In this document: positions 14,501-25,985 of the stretch, in pieces
How the letters are laid out: the number at the start of each line of letters is the position of its first letter
Numbering within the stretch: position 1 is the first letter of the stretch
From: Macrostomum lignano
Taxonomy: Eukaryota
Assembly (NCBI GenBank): GCA_002269645.1
Contig: NIVC01002653.1
Coordinates: 1-64,000 of the forward strand
DNA: 64,000 bases
Direction of reading: 5' to 3'
Program-made: the position numbers and the translations under genes
The notes under the pieces: model-generated
Told to the model about the DNA's origin: nothing
Database searches by the model: none
The model's input: only the letters and a program-made list of their open reading frames with translations

Positions 14501-16121
14501 TTAGTTTGCGGTTTAAATCAAGCGAAATTATGCTAATAAAGTTTTATAATTCAGTTTATTAAACTAGTGTGAACATAAACCTGCGAATGCTTGGCTAAAA
14601 CCAGACACGATAAGTAAAACTGGTGACCTCAATGAACTTCACATTTCTCCTTAGATCTTCTTCTAACTTCACTGCCTTGCTGGTCAATGTTATAAACAGT
14701 TGTGTTTGGATTTCTGACACAAACCTGCAGCAATTCTTGGCACGCTAAAGCGGCCGAAGCGGTGGGCGGGCGGCGGTGACGGCCCAGGTTAGAAAGTGAA
14801 GATTCAGCCAAACTAAAGCAATCTAGTCTAGTCTAGGCTTAAGCACCCCAGCAGTTCACACAGCAAACCACACAATGACGCAAATCTTAGCATCATTGCC
14901 TGATGCTGGGGAACGAGCTAAATTGACAGGCACAGCCCCCACATGCTGATTCAAACAGGCTGCAGATGGTGTTGAGATATTTTAGCAAACAAGTTGAAGC
15001 GCGTTAAATTGAACTCGAAACTTGAAAATATTAGATTTTTTGTCTAAGTTCCAGGGAATAACTAGATTAGGGGAATGTCTACCTTCGGGAAACTACTAGA
15101 TTAGGGGAATGTATTACTTTTGGGGAATAACTAGAATAGGGGAATGTCCACCTTCGGGAAACTACTAGATTAGGGGAATGTATTACTTTTGGGGAATAAC
15201 TAGATTAGGGGAATGTATTACTTTTGGGGAATAACTAGATTAGGGGAATGTCTACATTCGGGGAATTACTAGATTGGGGGACTTAATTACCTTCAGGGAA
15301 CTACTAGTTTAAAGAATGGTTATACCTTCGGGGAACTACTAGAGTAGGGGAATGTCTACCCTCGGGGAACTACTAAATTAGGGGAATGCCTACATTCGGG
15401 AATTACTAGATTAGGGGAATGTCTACCTTGGAGGAATTACTAAATTAATGGAATGCCTACATTCGGGGAATTACTAGATTGGGAAACTTAATTACATTAA
15501 AAAACTACTAGATTAGGGGAATGTCTAGTTTTGGGGAATAACTAGATGGGTAATTACGCTCCTACACTATGAGTATTGTAGCCCTTGGCTTGGTAAGGTT
15601 TTATCAATAATTTCTGTCTGCCTCAATCAAACTAATGCCAACGTAACACATTTCAAACTGTGTACTAACCGCAACCAGCTTTGCTTAACTCTCGCTCACC
15701 CGTGCATGATCCGGACCCGGTGCTCGTGCGAATCGCCACCAGCGCCGACGTCCAGCGCGCCAAGCAGGGTCGCCTCGCCAGTCTTGCCGAACACTCCGTC
15801 GGGAATGGCCAGCAAGAACTTCTTGGCCACGTTGGCCACCGTCCAGAAGTTGTAGTCGGACCAGTCCACTGGCCGGCCCTCCGCCAGGCATTTGATAATT
15901 TTGCGCATCTGCACCGGGTTGCCGGGCCGGCGGAACAAGTCGCAGACTGCAACTCCATCGCGGGCGATGTGGATCAGCAGGTCGCGCAGCGGCGGCGGCA
16001 GGGGGCCGGAGCCGAACACCTGACCGGCTGGCTGGCCAAATTTTAGTCGACTAGACGAGATTCGCCGATGGCCCTGACGTCTGTCGCTGACGCAGGAGAA
16101 GAGCGAACGGATGATGGACAT
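5587..16121 (-). CDS. RhoGAP-domain protein, 7 coding exons
   Basis: Exons 16121-15700, 12147-11982, 11470-11308, 9371-9294, 8275-7989, 7427-7335, 6078-5587, all GT-AG with matching phases. RhoGAP motifs KFGQP...DLFRRPGN (arginine finger), [15 protein letters not shown]...[15 protein letters not shown]; Q/P-rich C-terminal tail. Confidence 0.85.
6260..6845. repeat. G-rich ~17-bp minisatellite (GGAGTGGGGTGGGTGAA), G-quadruplex-prone
   Basis: Direct; RhoGAP last intron. Confidence 0.95.
8390..8582. repeat. ~38-bp degenerate minisatellite (GCTATTTTTAGAACCGAAGCTTGTACATGCCGTCCGAT)
   Basis: About 5 tandem units. Confidence 0.85.
9455..9866. repeat. 28-bp minisatellite (GCAACTGAGGATCTGGGAGGCTGGCCCA)
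   Basis: About 15 tandem units. Confidence 0.95.
10675..11120. repeat. Purine-rich 14-16-bp minisatellite (GAGAGATGAAGGGA)
   Basis: Direct. Confidence 0.95.
11510..11935. repeat. ~37-bp minisatellite (GGTCAGGTGACCTCCTACAGTATCTGACTATTAGGG)
   Basis: About 11 units; a related array with the same GGTCAGGTGACCTCC core lies at 12225-12510 on the other side of the 12147-11982 exon. Confidence 0.9.
12225..12510. repeat. Degenerate minisatellite sharing the GGTCAGGTGACCTCC core
   Basis: About 8 degenerate units. Confidence 0.8.
13385..13760. repeat. ~34-bp minisatellite (GAGATAACACGGAATGTACATTGGAGAGAGGGCT)
   Basis: About 11 units. Confidence 0.95.
13935..14095 (-). mobile_element. CORE-SINE fragment
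   Basis: Minus strand reads GGTTCGATTC (Pol III B box) then GTGTCCTTGAGCAAGACACTTAACTC...CAGCTGTAAAATGGG, matching the MIR/CORE-SINE core consensus from memory. Confidence 0.7.
15055..15550. repeat. ~35-bp minisatellite (AACTACTAGATTAGGGGAATGTCTACCTTCGGGG)
   Basis: About 14 degenerate units in RhoGAP intron 1. Confidence 0.9.
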
Positions 16122-16789
16122 TGCGAGGTTTGGGGCAGACGCAATCTTACTGTTTCTTGTCTTGGATTCGAAGCAATTGCCTGCTCAGCTGCTCTCAGTG
16201 AGCAAAAGGCATCAAAGTGCATATAATCGAAAATATAATTAATAGTATTAACAGTAAGTGCATATTAACATAAAATATGTTTCAGTAGTTAAATAAATAG
16301 GATATAGAGAATAATAAACTTATGGTAAGTTACTAGATTATACGTTTACAGTATAAGACCCAGTTAACTTGAGGCTTATATATATAATCTGAACAATCTG
16401 GCCAATTCTTAACGCAAATTATATATGTACTTGCCAACTTGAAATTGGCTAAAAGAGATAGCATGTATCTGACTAAAGATATATCTGCTATCTCTAGCAA
16501 AAAAATTATTCTTTTTTTAAATTAAAAAAGTATCACTTTTTTACACAAATTGTTAGCTTCTAGGTGATTAATGTTAAATTATAGATTTCTATATTAGTCA
16601 TAAATAATCATCAAGGTAGAATAATCTCTAAGAAGCAAGTTTAAAAATAAAAAATCATAGCTATTCTAAATAGTTTTTTAAGTAATAAGTAATTTATAGC
16701 CTTGTAGACAAAATGAACTACCTGTATATGATTCTTTAAAACATAATTCTTATATCTAAAAATTATAAATTAAACTCTTGGCATTTTCT

Positions 16790-16974
16790 CAGTGGCGCAA
16801 CCAGGGGGGAGGGGGGGTCGCCCCCCCCCCCTTAGGCGGGGAACCGAAAAAAAATCAAAGGGGGGACCAAGTGAATTTTCGCCAAAAACAGAGCCACCCT
16901 CTGCCGCCCCCCTCCCGGGACTTTACCCTCAGAATCCGCCCCCCCCCCTTGAAAAATTTCTGGTTGCGCTACTG
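16790..16974. mobile_element. hAT-type MITE
   Basis: TIRs CAGTGGCGCAACCAG...CTGGTTGCGCTACTG; perfect 8-bp TSD CATTTTCT. Confidence 0.85.
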
Positions 16975-17165
16975 CATTTTCTGTATAAGAAGCAGTGTAT
17001 TATATTTAAATAATAATTAGTTGAAAATGAGATCCATTATCTAGATACAAAATGATTAAATCAAAAATGCTACAGTAACTAGTAATTCTAGCATAATATC
17101 TTCTGCTTTACTACAGTAAACACCTAAGCCTGAGACAAATAGTTGCATCAATAGCAAAGTAGAAC

Positions 17166-17276
17166 GGCAATCTTCCTCTTTCGTTCGTTTAATTATTTCC
17201 GGAATTATTTCGCCCTCTATTCAAGGGTGGTGGGGGGTGGGGGTTGGAATTAAACGAACGAAAGAGGAAAATCGCC
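17166..17276. mobile_element. Mutator-like MITE (111 bp)
   Basis: ~29-bp TIR GGC(A/G)AT(C/T)TTCCTCTTTCGTTCGTTTAATT; 9-bp TSD AAGTAGAAC/AAGTAGAAT (1 mismatch). Confidence 0.7.
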
Positions 17277-18910
17277 AAGTAGAATCACTTTGATAGTTTA
17301 TTAAAAAAAGAAAAGCAAAACAGAAATTTCTCTTGTTTGAAACACGTAAGCTGGTTCACCTTTTCTAAACTAATAACGCTTTTACATAGCACATCCTAAT
17401 AAAAACAGTTAATAACTATCACCAAAGTCGATGGCTGACCATGCACGATGAAGCATAGTCACAAATCGAATCCCGAAAACAAATATAAACTAGGTTAGGC
17501 TAGCAGTATTGGCAAGTGAGTAAAAAATAAACATAAAAGTATCAGGAAGATGACAATTATTGTTAACTGCTTAGTTTTTTTAGTAGATTCGACAATTCGA
17601 TGGACCGTGGAACCTTACTTAATAAATTCAGCTTCATTTCGGTTAACTTTTCGGAAATTGCATCTTGGAAACAAGGAAATTGTATTAGTCAAAATGTGTT
17701 AATCTAAAAAACGAAATTCTTTTTGCTTTTAAACTTAAGTAATTAAAAAAACTTTAAGCAGTCAAATTTTATTTTTTAAACTTTCTTTTCTAGCAAAAAT
17801 GTTTTGAGCACATATAAGTTTTGTTTAACAGAAGTAAATGTTAAAAACCCGATTTGACAGTCAAAAGTTCATAGTTCGACACTGATGTACGACTAACGAC
17901 ATTAATAAAATGCTAGCTTCCTCACTTTCACTTTTTCGCCTTTCGATTAATTCAAAAAATGAGAAATAAAATGAAAGCATCTTGTCTTGTTTCACTTCCT
18001 TCTCTTATTCTCTCTCTCTCTCTCTCTTTCTCATATATTTCATGAGCGCGATTTTCTTAAATTTATATTCTACATCTTCAGCACTACTTTAATGCTGTAA
18101 CAAAACAAACAAAGTCTAGTTATATAAAAATATCAGTTTAAAGCTGTGCGCTTTTCAAGTCTTTAATGCATAAAAGTAATTCTGAAATCAAATTATAATG
18201 TGCGCCGGTACATGAATGAGAAAAAATCGTAGCACACGACAGGACTGGTTCACTCAAAATTTGTTTCCTTAGTTCAACGGAATTCGCTGCTTAGCCAATG
18301 TTTCGTTCTTGCTTAAATTGATTGACAATTGTCAATCAGATTACAATTGTATGAATGCATGATCATCCCGACTATAAACGTTGGCTAATACGCAAACACT
18401 GAACATGAAAAAATGTCTAGATCAAGCACGTCTTCTACATAGATGGTATAGTCAAAAATCTTCCTAATACTATAAAGTTTTTAATCGCTAGGTTAATTTT
18501 TCAACCAAGGACTACTCAAGTAACATATATCTACTTCAGTTGTCCTAATTGTTTTAAAGGCCCTTTCACATCTGCCATTAAAATGTAAATGTAAATTAGC
18601 ACTGCAATATGCTTCCTGTGTTGCGTTGCGGTGTTAAATTTCCTGCCAAACTCACTTGAAGATCTGCGTGGGGGGGGGGGTCGTACAGCTCCATGCCAGT
18701 GAATCGAACCCTGACTCGATCAATTTATTCTATATATGGGCCAGTTGCAAAGCTGGGCCAGCTTTGTTGCTAAGTCGATCGTCTCCAAGAACGAATACGA
18801 TAATTATAGCTGAATCAAAGGTTTTTGCAGCCAACAGTTTCATTTCGAATTGACATTTGCTTCAAATTCTTTTGTTATTTTTTACCAGTCAAGTAACGAA
18901 CCCTTGCAGC

Positions 18911-20028
18911 ATGACTAATATTCCGGATTTGAGAATGGTTCTACTGCTGAGCTGCTTGATGCTGACAGGTACGATAAACCTCTAGGATTCAAGTTTACTC
19001 AGGTACAAAAACACCGTTAAAAGTTCATTGATTGCCGTAATTTCCATCTCCAATAAACCGAAACCAGGCGCAGAGGCAGCCAAGCCGTCGGTTCTCATCA
19101 GCGGCGCATTTTACCACAGAAACTCCGGCACGAACCCGACCACCATTGAAATGTCGCAGAGCACTTCCAGTTGGCAGTTCGCCTGTAGTTGGATCCGAAG
19201 TAGCTCGAACGAGAATCCCGTCTTGGCAGTTGAAGCACCTGTGAGAATAATATTTATCTGTAATATTGTGCGGCTTCTTTTAGTAACTGTGACTAACTGC
19301 CCCCACTGAGCCTTGAAATCACAAAAATTCTCTCCATGAGCCACAGCATTTCAACAATTCATACCCCATGATCCTTGATATCTCAGCAATTCCCACATTA
19401 GCATTGTGCAACAGAATTTTAGCAATTCCCCAATATGTGTCTTTTATAGCTGCACCCAAACCCTAACCTGACCTCGGGACTTTGCTACTCTGGGAGGCGT
19501 CTTTGTTGTTGTTCTTCTTCTTCTTCAGTCCTTTTCTCGCCTCGCGGCGTGGACGCTCTGCCGCCGACTCACTGGCAGGTCTTTCGATGTCTGGCCATGT
19601 TCGTGCGGGCCAGCATCCTCCCGCAGTCCGGGCACGGAGCTCTGGCGCTCTTGTAGATCCGCGCCGTAATCCCCGTCGTCTGCTGGCCTCTCCCCGTTGG
19701 TACTGCTGCTTCTTCTGCCCTCTCGTCCGGTGTCGCGCCCGCCTCTGGTTTCCTTCCGTTCTCCTTGCACCGTTTCCTATGCGCGCGTGGTTGGACTTGC
19801 TTATCCACTTGTTGCACTCTCCGCAGTGGACTTCTTTCGCCGATCGCTCCTCTCCTCCGCACCTCTTCTGGTGGTTTTTTCTTGTCGCCTCCGTGAAGAA
19901 GGTAGCGTTGCACTTTAGGCACGGCAGCGGTGTCTTCGTAAATTGATGGTGTATCCTCCGTTGGTGTACGGCTAACCCGGCTCTCGACGCGCACACCTTC
20001 CCGCAGTCCTTGTTCGCTTCATTCTTTT

Positions 20029-20099
<71 letters not shown>

Positions 20100-20431
20100 A
20101 TATTTTCCGCAGCAGTTCCTCACTCTCTCTCTCACTTTCGGCAAAGCTTTCAACCTTACTGTTGTTTCGAGAGGTGCCTGGGTCGGTTAGGTCCAAGCCA
20201 CTCTGTTGCGAGGAGGTTTGCCCATAGACCGCGGCTGTTACGCCGAGGCTACGGGCCTCTCTCCCCCCCCCGATTCTGCTTTGCCAACCGGGTTGCTCCG
20301 GTTGCCCGCTTGGCACCGCGTGTTGACGGCACGCTTCGTGGAGGTGCAGAATCTTGCCAAGCTTTGTTGTTTTTTGTTGTTTCTTTGTTGTTGTTGCTAT
20401 TATTGTCGTCGTCGTCGTCGTCGTCGTCGTC

Positions 20432-20462
<31 letters not shown>

Positions 20463-22917
20463 TTGTTGTTGTTGTGTGTGGAATGCGGCTCCATCAGATG
20501 GGGACCCAATCGAGGGCACCCAGGAGCCGCGCCACCGCGTGACCATCGGCCAGGTCGCTGAGGTTTTGCACTCCGTGCATGCGGCGAGTCGAGTCCAGGG
20601 CAGGACAGATCAGGATATGGAACTGGGTCACCTCGTCCCCGCACAGCCTACAGGCGGCCTCGTCGGTCGTCCCGATGCGCTTCTTATAATAAGCCGAAGC
20701 CGGACAGTGGCCTGCACGGACTTGCGAGACGAGGACCTTCTGATTTCTGGGGCCGTCGTGGCAGGTAAGGCTCCCCGAGTAGACATCTTTCAGGTGTCCC
20801 TCCAGGACGGGCTGGTACCGGACGGACCTGCGCAGCAGACTCTTGGACGCGGCTAGCGCTAGCGGAACGTGCTGTTGTGGCAGGCCCGTGGCCCGTTTTG
20901 CCTCCCAATCGGCCAGCTCATTGCCGTCGACGCCCACGTGCCCCGGGATCCACTGTATGGTGATAGCTGTGACCCGAGTAGCACTGCGAATGAGGCCCTT
21001 GAGCTCCTCGAGCAGGATGTCGGTGGTGGTACAGTCGGACAGTCGGCTTGGATGGCACGAATAGCGGCCTGGCTGTCGGTTAGGATGGCAGCATTTGGCA
21101 GACCCTCCGTAAGGATGTCACCCAGGGCCATAGAGAGGGCACGGAGCTCAGCTTCGAAGGAACTGCACCATCTGCCGGCCGCTGCACTCCCCGAACGGAT
21201 GATCTGGTCCTGACTGCTGCAATACAGGATCCAGGCCGCACCGCCAAGCTGGGTGCCGCTAGTGGCCGATCCGTCAGTTTAGTAGCAAGTGTCAGGGAGG
21301 CGCGCTCTGCGAGTCTCCTGAAAAAGGTCGCGCCTGACCTGGATGTCGTCGGACTTGCTGCAGGGGCTGACGAGTTCTGGAAAGAGGCGAAGTCGTTCCA
21401 TACCGTTAAACGCTTCCCAGGGGGGCGCTCGAATCCATGAGTTCGGAAGCCTCTTGAACGGAAGGAGATTGGCCAAAATTCTGTTCGCTTGCTCCCGGAG
21501 TCCACGGTTGGCCTTGAGGTGGACGTCGGCCTCGCGCTCGCAAATCTGGCGCCAAGGGTCGTTGGTCGGTCTTCTTTTAGCTTTTTCAACGGCGATGAGG
21601 GCTCTCCGCTTGGCCTCGACACCAATGGGGTCGCAATTTGCTTCCTTGTAGACGGCCTCGCAGGGAGTTGACTTCGGCAATCCAGTAATAAGTCTCAATG
21701 CCTACCGCTGGGCCCGGTCTAACTCCTCTAACCTGGTTTTGGGCAGCCATGGCATCCAAGCCGCAGCCGCATGCCAGGCGACGGACTCGACAACCGCCTT
21801 GTAGACAGTGCGGAGGGTGTCGCAGTCCCAGCCTCACTCTCTGTGAGCCAGGGCACGGAGGATTCTGCAACGGCGGTGCATTTTCGAAACAACTTCGTCC
21901 GTCTGGCGCTTAAAGATCAGGCCGTCGTCTATCCAGACGCCGAGGTAGCGGACTCCACGCTTGGTAGGGAGACGAATGCCAGAGATTGACAGGTTCAGAG
22001 GGCGATTTCGCTCGCTCCGATCGCGCGTATAGAGACAGCACTCAGATTTGGCGGGGTTAAGATCGATTCTCAAGTCGGCCGCCCAGTCTTCGATGCGGTT
22101 GAGCGCAGACTGAATACGAGATTCCAGCTCGTTAGTGTTCCGACCAGTAGTCCAAATGCCGAGGTCATCAGCGAATCCTCCGTAGCAAACCTGGGGGACC
22201 AGTTTGTCCCGCCAGGCGTTAATGTACAGGAGGAAGAGGATGGGAGAGCTGACGGCCCTCTGGGGCACCCCTTCGCGTAGGGGGCGCCACTTGCCGACTG
22301 CCTCGCCGACACGCACGGCGATTTGACGCCCCTCCAGAAAGCTGGCAAACCAGCGAATAATACGGCCGGGCAGGCCTTCATCCATGAGACGAGCCAGGAG
22401 CTTGGCTCGCCACTCTCGAACGCTCTAGAGCAATCGAGCGTGACTGCCAGAGTCTTGAGGTGGGGCCTTCCCATCCGCCCTGGATTTCTTGCACGAGGCG
22501 GGCAATCTGTTCCTCGCAGCTCCAGCCGCGTTGAAAGCCCGCTTGGCAGGGCTGCAGAGTGCCGTTGGTCTCGAGCCAGTGCATCAGCCGGTCCAGCACC
22601 ATCCGCTCCATGAGTTTAACGCAGATGGACGTAAGGCTGACGGGCCGGAAACTGGAGCACCCGTTTACCCGTCGACCTTTACGGACGGCCTGGAGCCACG
22701 GTTCCAGCTCCTACCCGGCGCCGCGTCTACGTCGCGGAGGGAAGGCACCCAATTCAACGGGTGTCGAAGAGCTCCGGAAACTCGGACACCTTGTGTCCCA
22801 TCGGCTTGTTGTTGTTGTTGCTGTTGTTATTGCTGTTGTTGTTGTTGTTTTTGTTGTTGCTGTTGTTGTTGTTGTTGTTGTTATTGTTGTTGTTGTCGTT
22901 GTTGCTGTTGTTGTTGC

Positions 22918-22964
<47 letters not shown>

Positions 22965-23971
22965 TTGTTGTTGAATGCGGTGAGCCTCTCCTAAAGGGGA
23001 CACCAACCGATGGCCCCTAGGTGAAGCGCCACTACGTCTGCACGAGCGAGTTGACACATTTCGGTAATGCCGTGAGTACGGCGTTGGACGTCCAGGGCCG
23101 GGCAGTTGAGGGGGTGGTACTGATCAACCTCTTCCGCGCAGAGATGGCAGTTGCCCCCGACCTTAATGCTGATGCGGTTGCGGTAGTAGGTCGATGCAGG
23201 ACAGTGCCCGGCGCGGACCTGCGAGACCAGGACCTGTTGTCTGCACGGGCCCTCATGCATCGTAATCTTTTGGCCATAGACATGTTGGGCGAGTAGTTAA
23301 CAGCCCGTCGGATGCGGGCCCTCGCCGAATCCAGGGTGATGCCGACATGTTCCTGAGGCAGCGTGGCCGCTAGTTTGGCCTCGGCATCCACAAGTTCGTT
23401 TCCGGGGATTCCGGCGTGCCCGGGCACCCACTGCAGGATGATCTTCGAACGACGGGCGGCGGTGATAAGGCGTTCCTTAACGCTCTCCACGAGCGGGTTG
23501 GTTGATGGTCGATCGGATTTTAGAACCGCGATGGCGCTCTGGCTGTCGGTGAGAATGGCAGCCTCTTTCGGGGGGTTGGCAATTATGTCGCTTAGCGCCT
23601 GAAAGATGGCGATAAGTTCAGCCTCAAAGGAGCTGCACCAGCGGCCCGCGGCCAACCGCGGCTCTGGCTGATGGAGCCGTCCTGGCTCAAGAGAATCCAG
23701 GCCGCACCTCCGTTTTCAACGCCACCCGAGACGGATCCGTCGGTGAAGTAAGTGGCGGCGTTCGGGCAGCGCGCGGTCGTGGTGGCTTTGACCGCCTGGA
23801 CGGCGTCGGTTTCAAGTGGCTCGAACAGCAGCTTAGTGAACATGCGCACTCTGGCGTCGGCCAACGAGTTCCAGGGTGGGAGCCGGATGTGGCTGTTGGC
23901 AAGGCGCTGATTGTTGTTGTTGTTGTTGCTGTTGCTGTTGTTGTTGTTTTTTTTTTTTTTGTTGTTGTTGC

Positions 23972-24018
<47 letters not shown>

Positions 24019-25954
24019 GCGGAAGGTGGTCTAGGGCTGCCTATGCAGGCAGTCCAAGAACCTAGCCACCAGATCGCCATCGGCCAAGTCCTCCAGTTGG
24101 TGTAGGTCCGTCGCGTGCCGAGCTCTTGCCAGGGCCGGACATTCGAGGAAGTGGCCCTTGTCTTCATAGAGGTCGCACCGGGGGCATCTGCTATCCTCCC
24201 TAGAGCCAATTCGGTGCTGATAGTACGCCGTGGAAGGATCGTGACCGGCTCGCATTTGAGCTATGGAAACCTGAAGCGCGCGGGGCGAGCGGGCATCGAG
24301 GGGGTCTTGCTGTAGATCCGCTTCAGCCGGTCATTCAGGAGAGGCTTGTAGTTGATGAGACGGCGTACACGGCTGCGGGCGGCCTCGATGTCGATCTCTA
24401 GAATGTCCTGGGGGAGCAGACAGGCGTTCTTGGCCTCGACGTCGGCTCTCTCGTTACCGGGAGTCCCAGAATGACCTGGGATCCACTGCAGGACCACGTC
24501 GGCGTGGCTCTCCACCTGTGTCAGCTTGCGCTTGAGCAACTCGAGCAGAGGGTTCAGGGAGTGTTGCCGACCTTTGAGCGCCGCAATGGCCGATCGGCTG
24601 TCGGTGAGGACCAGGGCAGAGTCCTGTTTAGTCTCAAGGATGTGATCCAGGGCGAGGTGCAGAGCTGAGAGTTCAGCTTGGAACGAGCTACACCAACGCC
24701 CGGTAGCAGCTCCCTCAATCCAAACCACCTGGCCCGAGATAGGGGCGACCGCCACACAGGCTGCCCCTCCATTCTCAGTTCCTTCTGATGCAGACCCGTC
24801 GGTGAAGTAGTGGATCTTGCGGTCGCCCCATGATTGAATGGTGTCTTCCGTCGCCGACCGCCTGGTCTCTGGCGGATCGTTCCTGGAGATCGGCTGAGTC
24901 AGGTGTTCGCAAAGGGTGACCCGATCCTCAATTCTCGGAAGCCAGGGCTCGTTCCTGATCCAGTTCGATTCCCGGCGTGGGCAATGCAGAATCTGCTCGG
25001 ATTCCAGCTTGGCTTGGTCCCGGAGGCCTTTGTTAGCTTTGAGCCTGCGCCGGCTTTGGTCTTCGCAGAGGCTGCGCCAAGGGTCGTAGGCAGGCCGCCT
25101 GAGGGCCTTCTCGACAGCCAGCAGGGCTCTTCTGTGTCCTTCAACGGAAATGGGAACGGTTCCGAGTTCGAGGTATACGGCCTCCTCCGGAGTGGATTTA
25201 GGGAGGCCGGCCACGATTCTGAGTGCTGCCCGTTGAGCCCGTTCGAGTTCGTTCAACCGGCTTTTGGATAGCCAAGGTAGCCAGGCCGCTGCCGCGTGCC
25301 ATATGACAGATTCGACCATGGCGGTGTACGTACGCATCAGCAGCTTACGGTCCCAGCCCCAGCTCCTTTGCGCTAGCGCTCTCACGATGTTAGTGCGTTT
25401 GGCCATCTTTTCTTTGACCGTTTTGACTTGTTGAGCAAAGATGAGTCCACGGTCGATCCAAATACCGAGGTATTTGAGAGACTCAGTGAAGCGAAGTTGA
25501 GTGCCGGCAAGATGGAGATCAGGTGGCCGATCAAAGTCGGCCCGGTTCCTAGAGAAGAGGCACGCCTGGGTTTTGGCTGGGTTAACCGAGATACGGAGGT
25601 CTCTGGTCCAGGTTTCGATGAAGTCCAGGGCGCTCTGTAGCTTTCTGGTGAGGTTCTGAAGGCTACTGTCAGTAGCCCATAGGCAGAGGTCGTCAGCGAA
25701 TCCTCCAAGTTGAACTTCAGTTTCAGGGAAGCCAGTCCAATCATTGACGTAAAGGAGGAAAAGGACCGGGGAGCACACCGCTCCCTGAGGAACTCCACTG
25801 GTGATGCGGCGCCACTTCCCGGTGGTGTTGCCGATTTTGGCACAGATAGTTCTACCTTCCAGAAAGTTGGCTAGCCAATGCGTCATACGATCGGGCATGT
25901 CTTCGTCCATCATCCGATTAATGAGCTTGTCGTGCCAAACTTTGTTGTTGTTGC

Positions 25955-25985
<31 letters not shown>

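Noticed and set aside
18901-18913. AG acceptor immediately before ATG (also 29102, and ~46798 for MANF), suggesting spliced-leader trans-splicing
   Set aside because: Indistinguishable from a 5' UTR cis-intron or chance without transcript data
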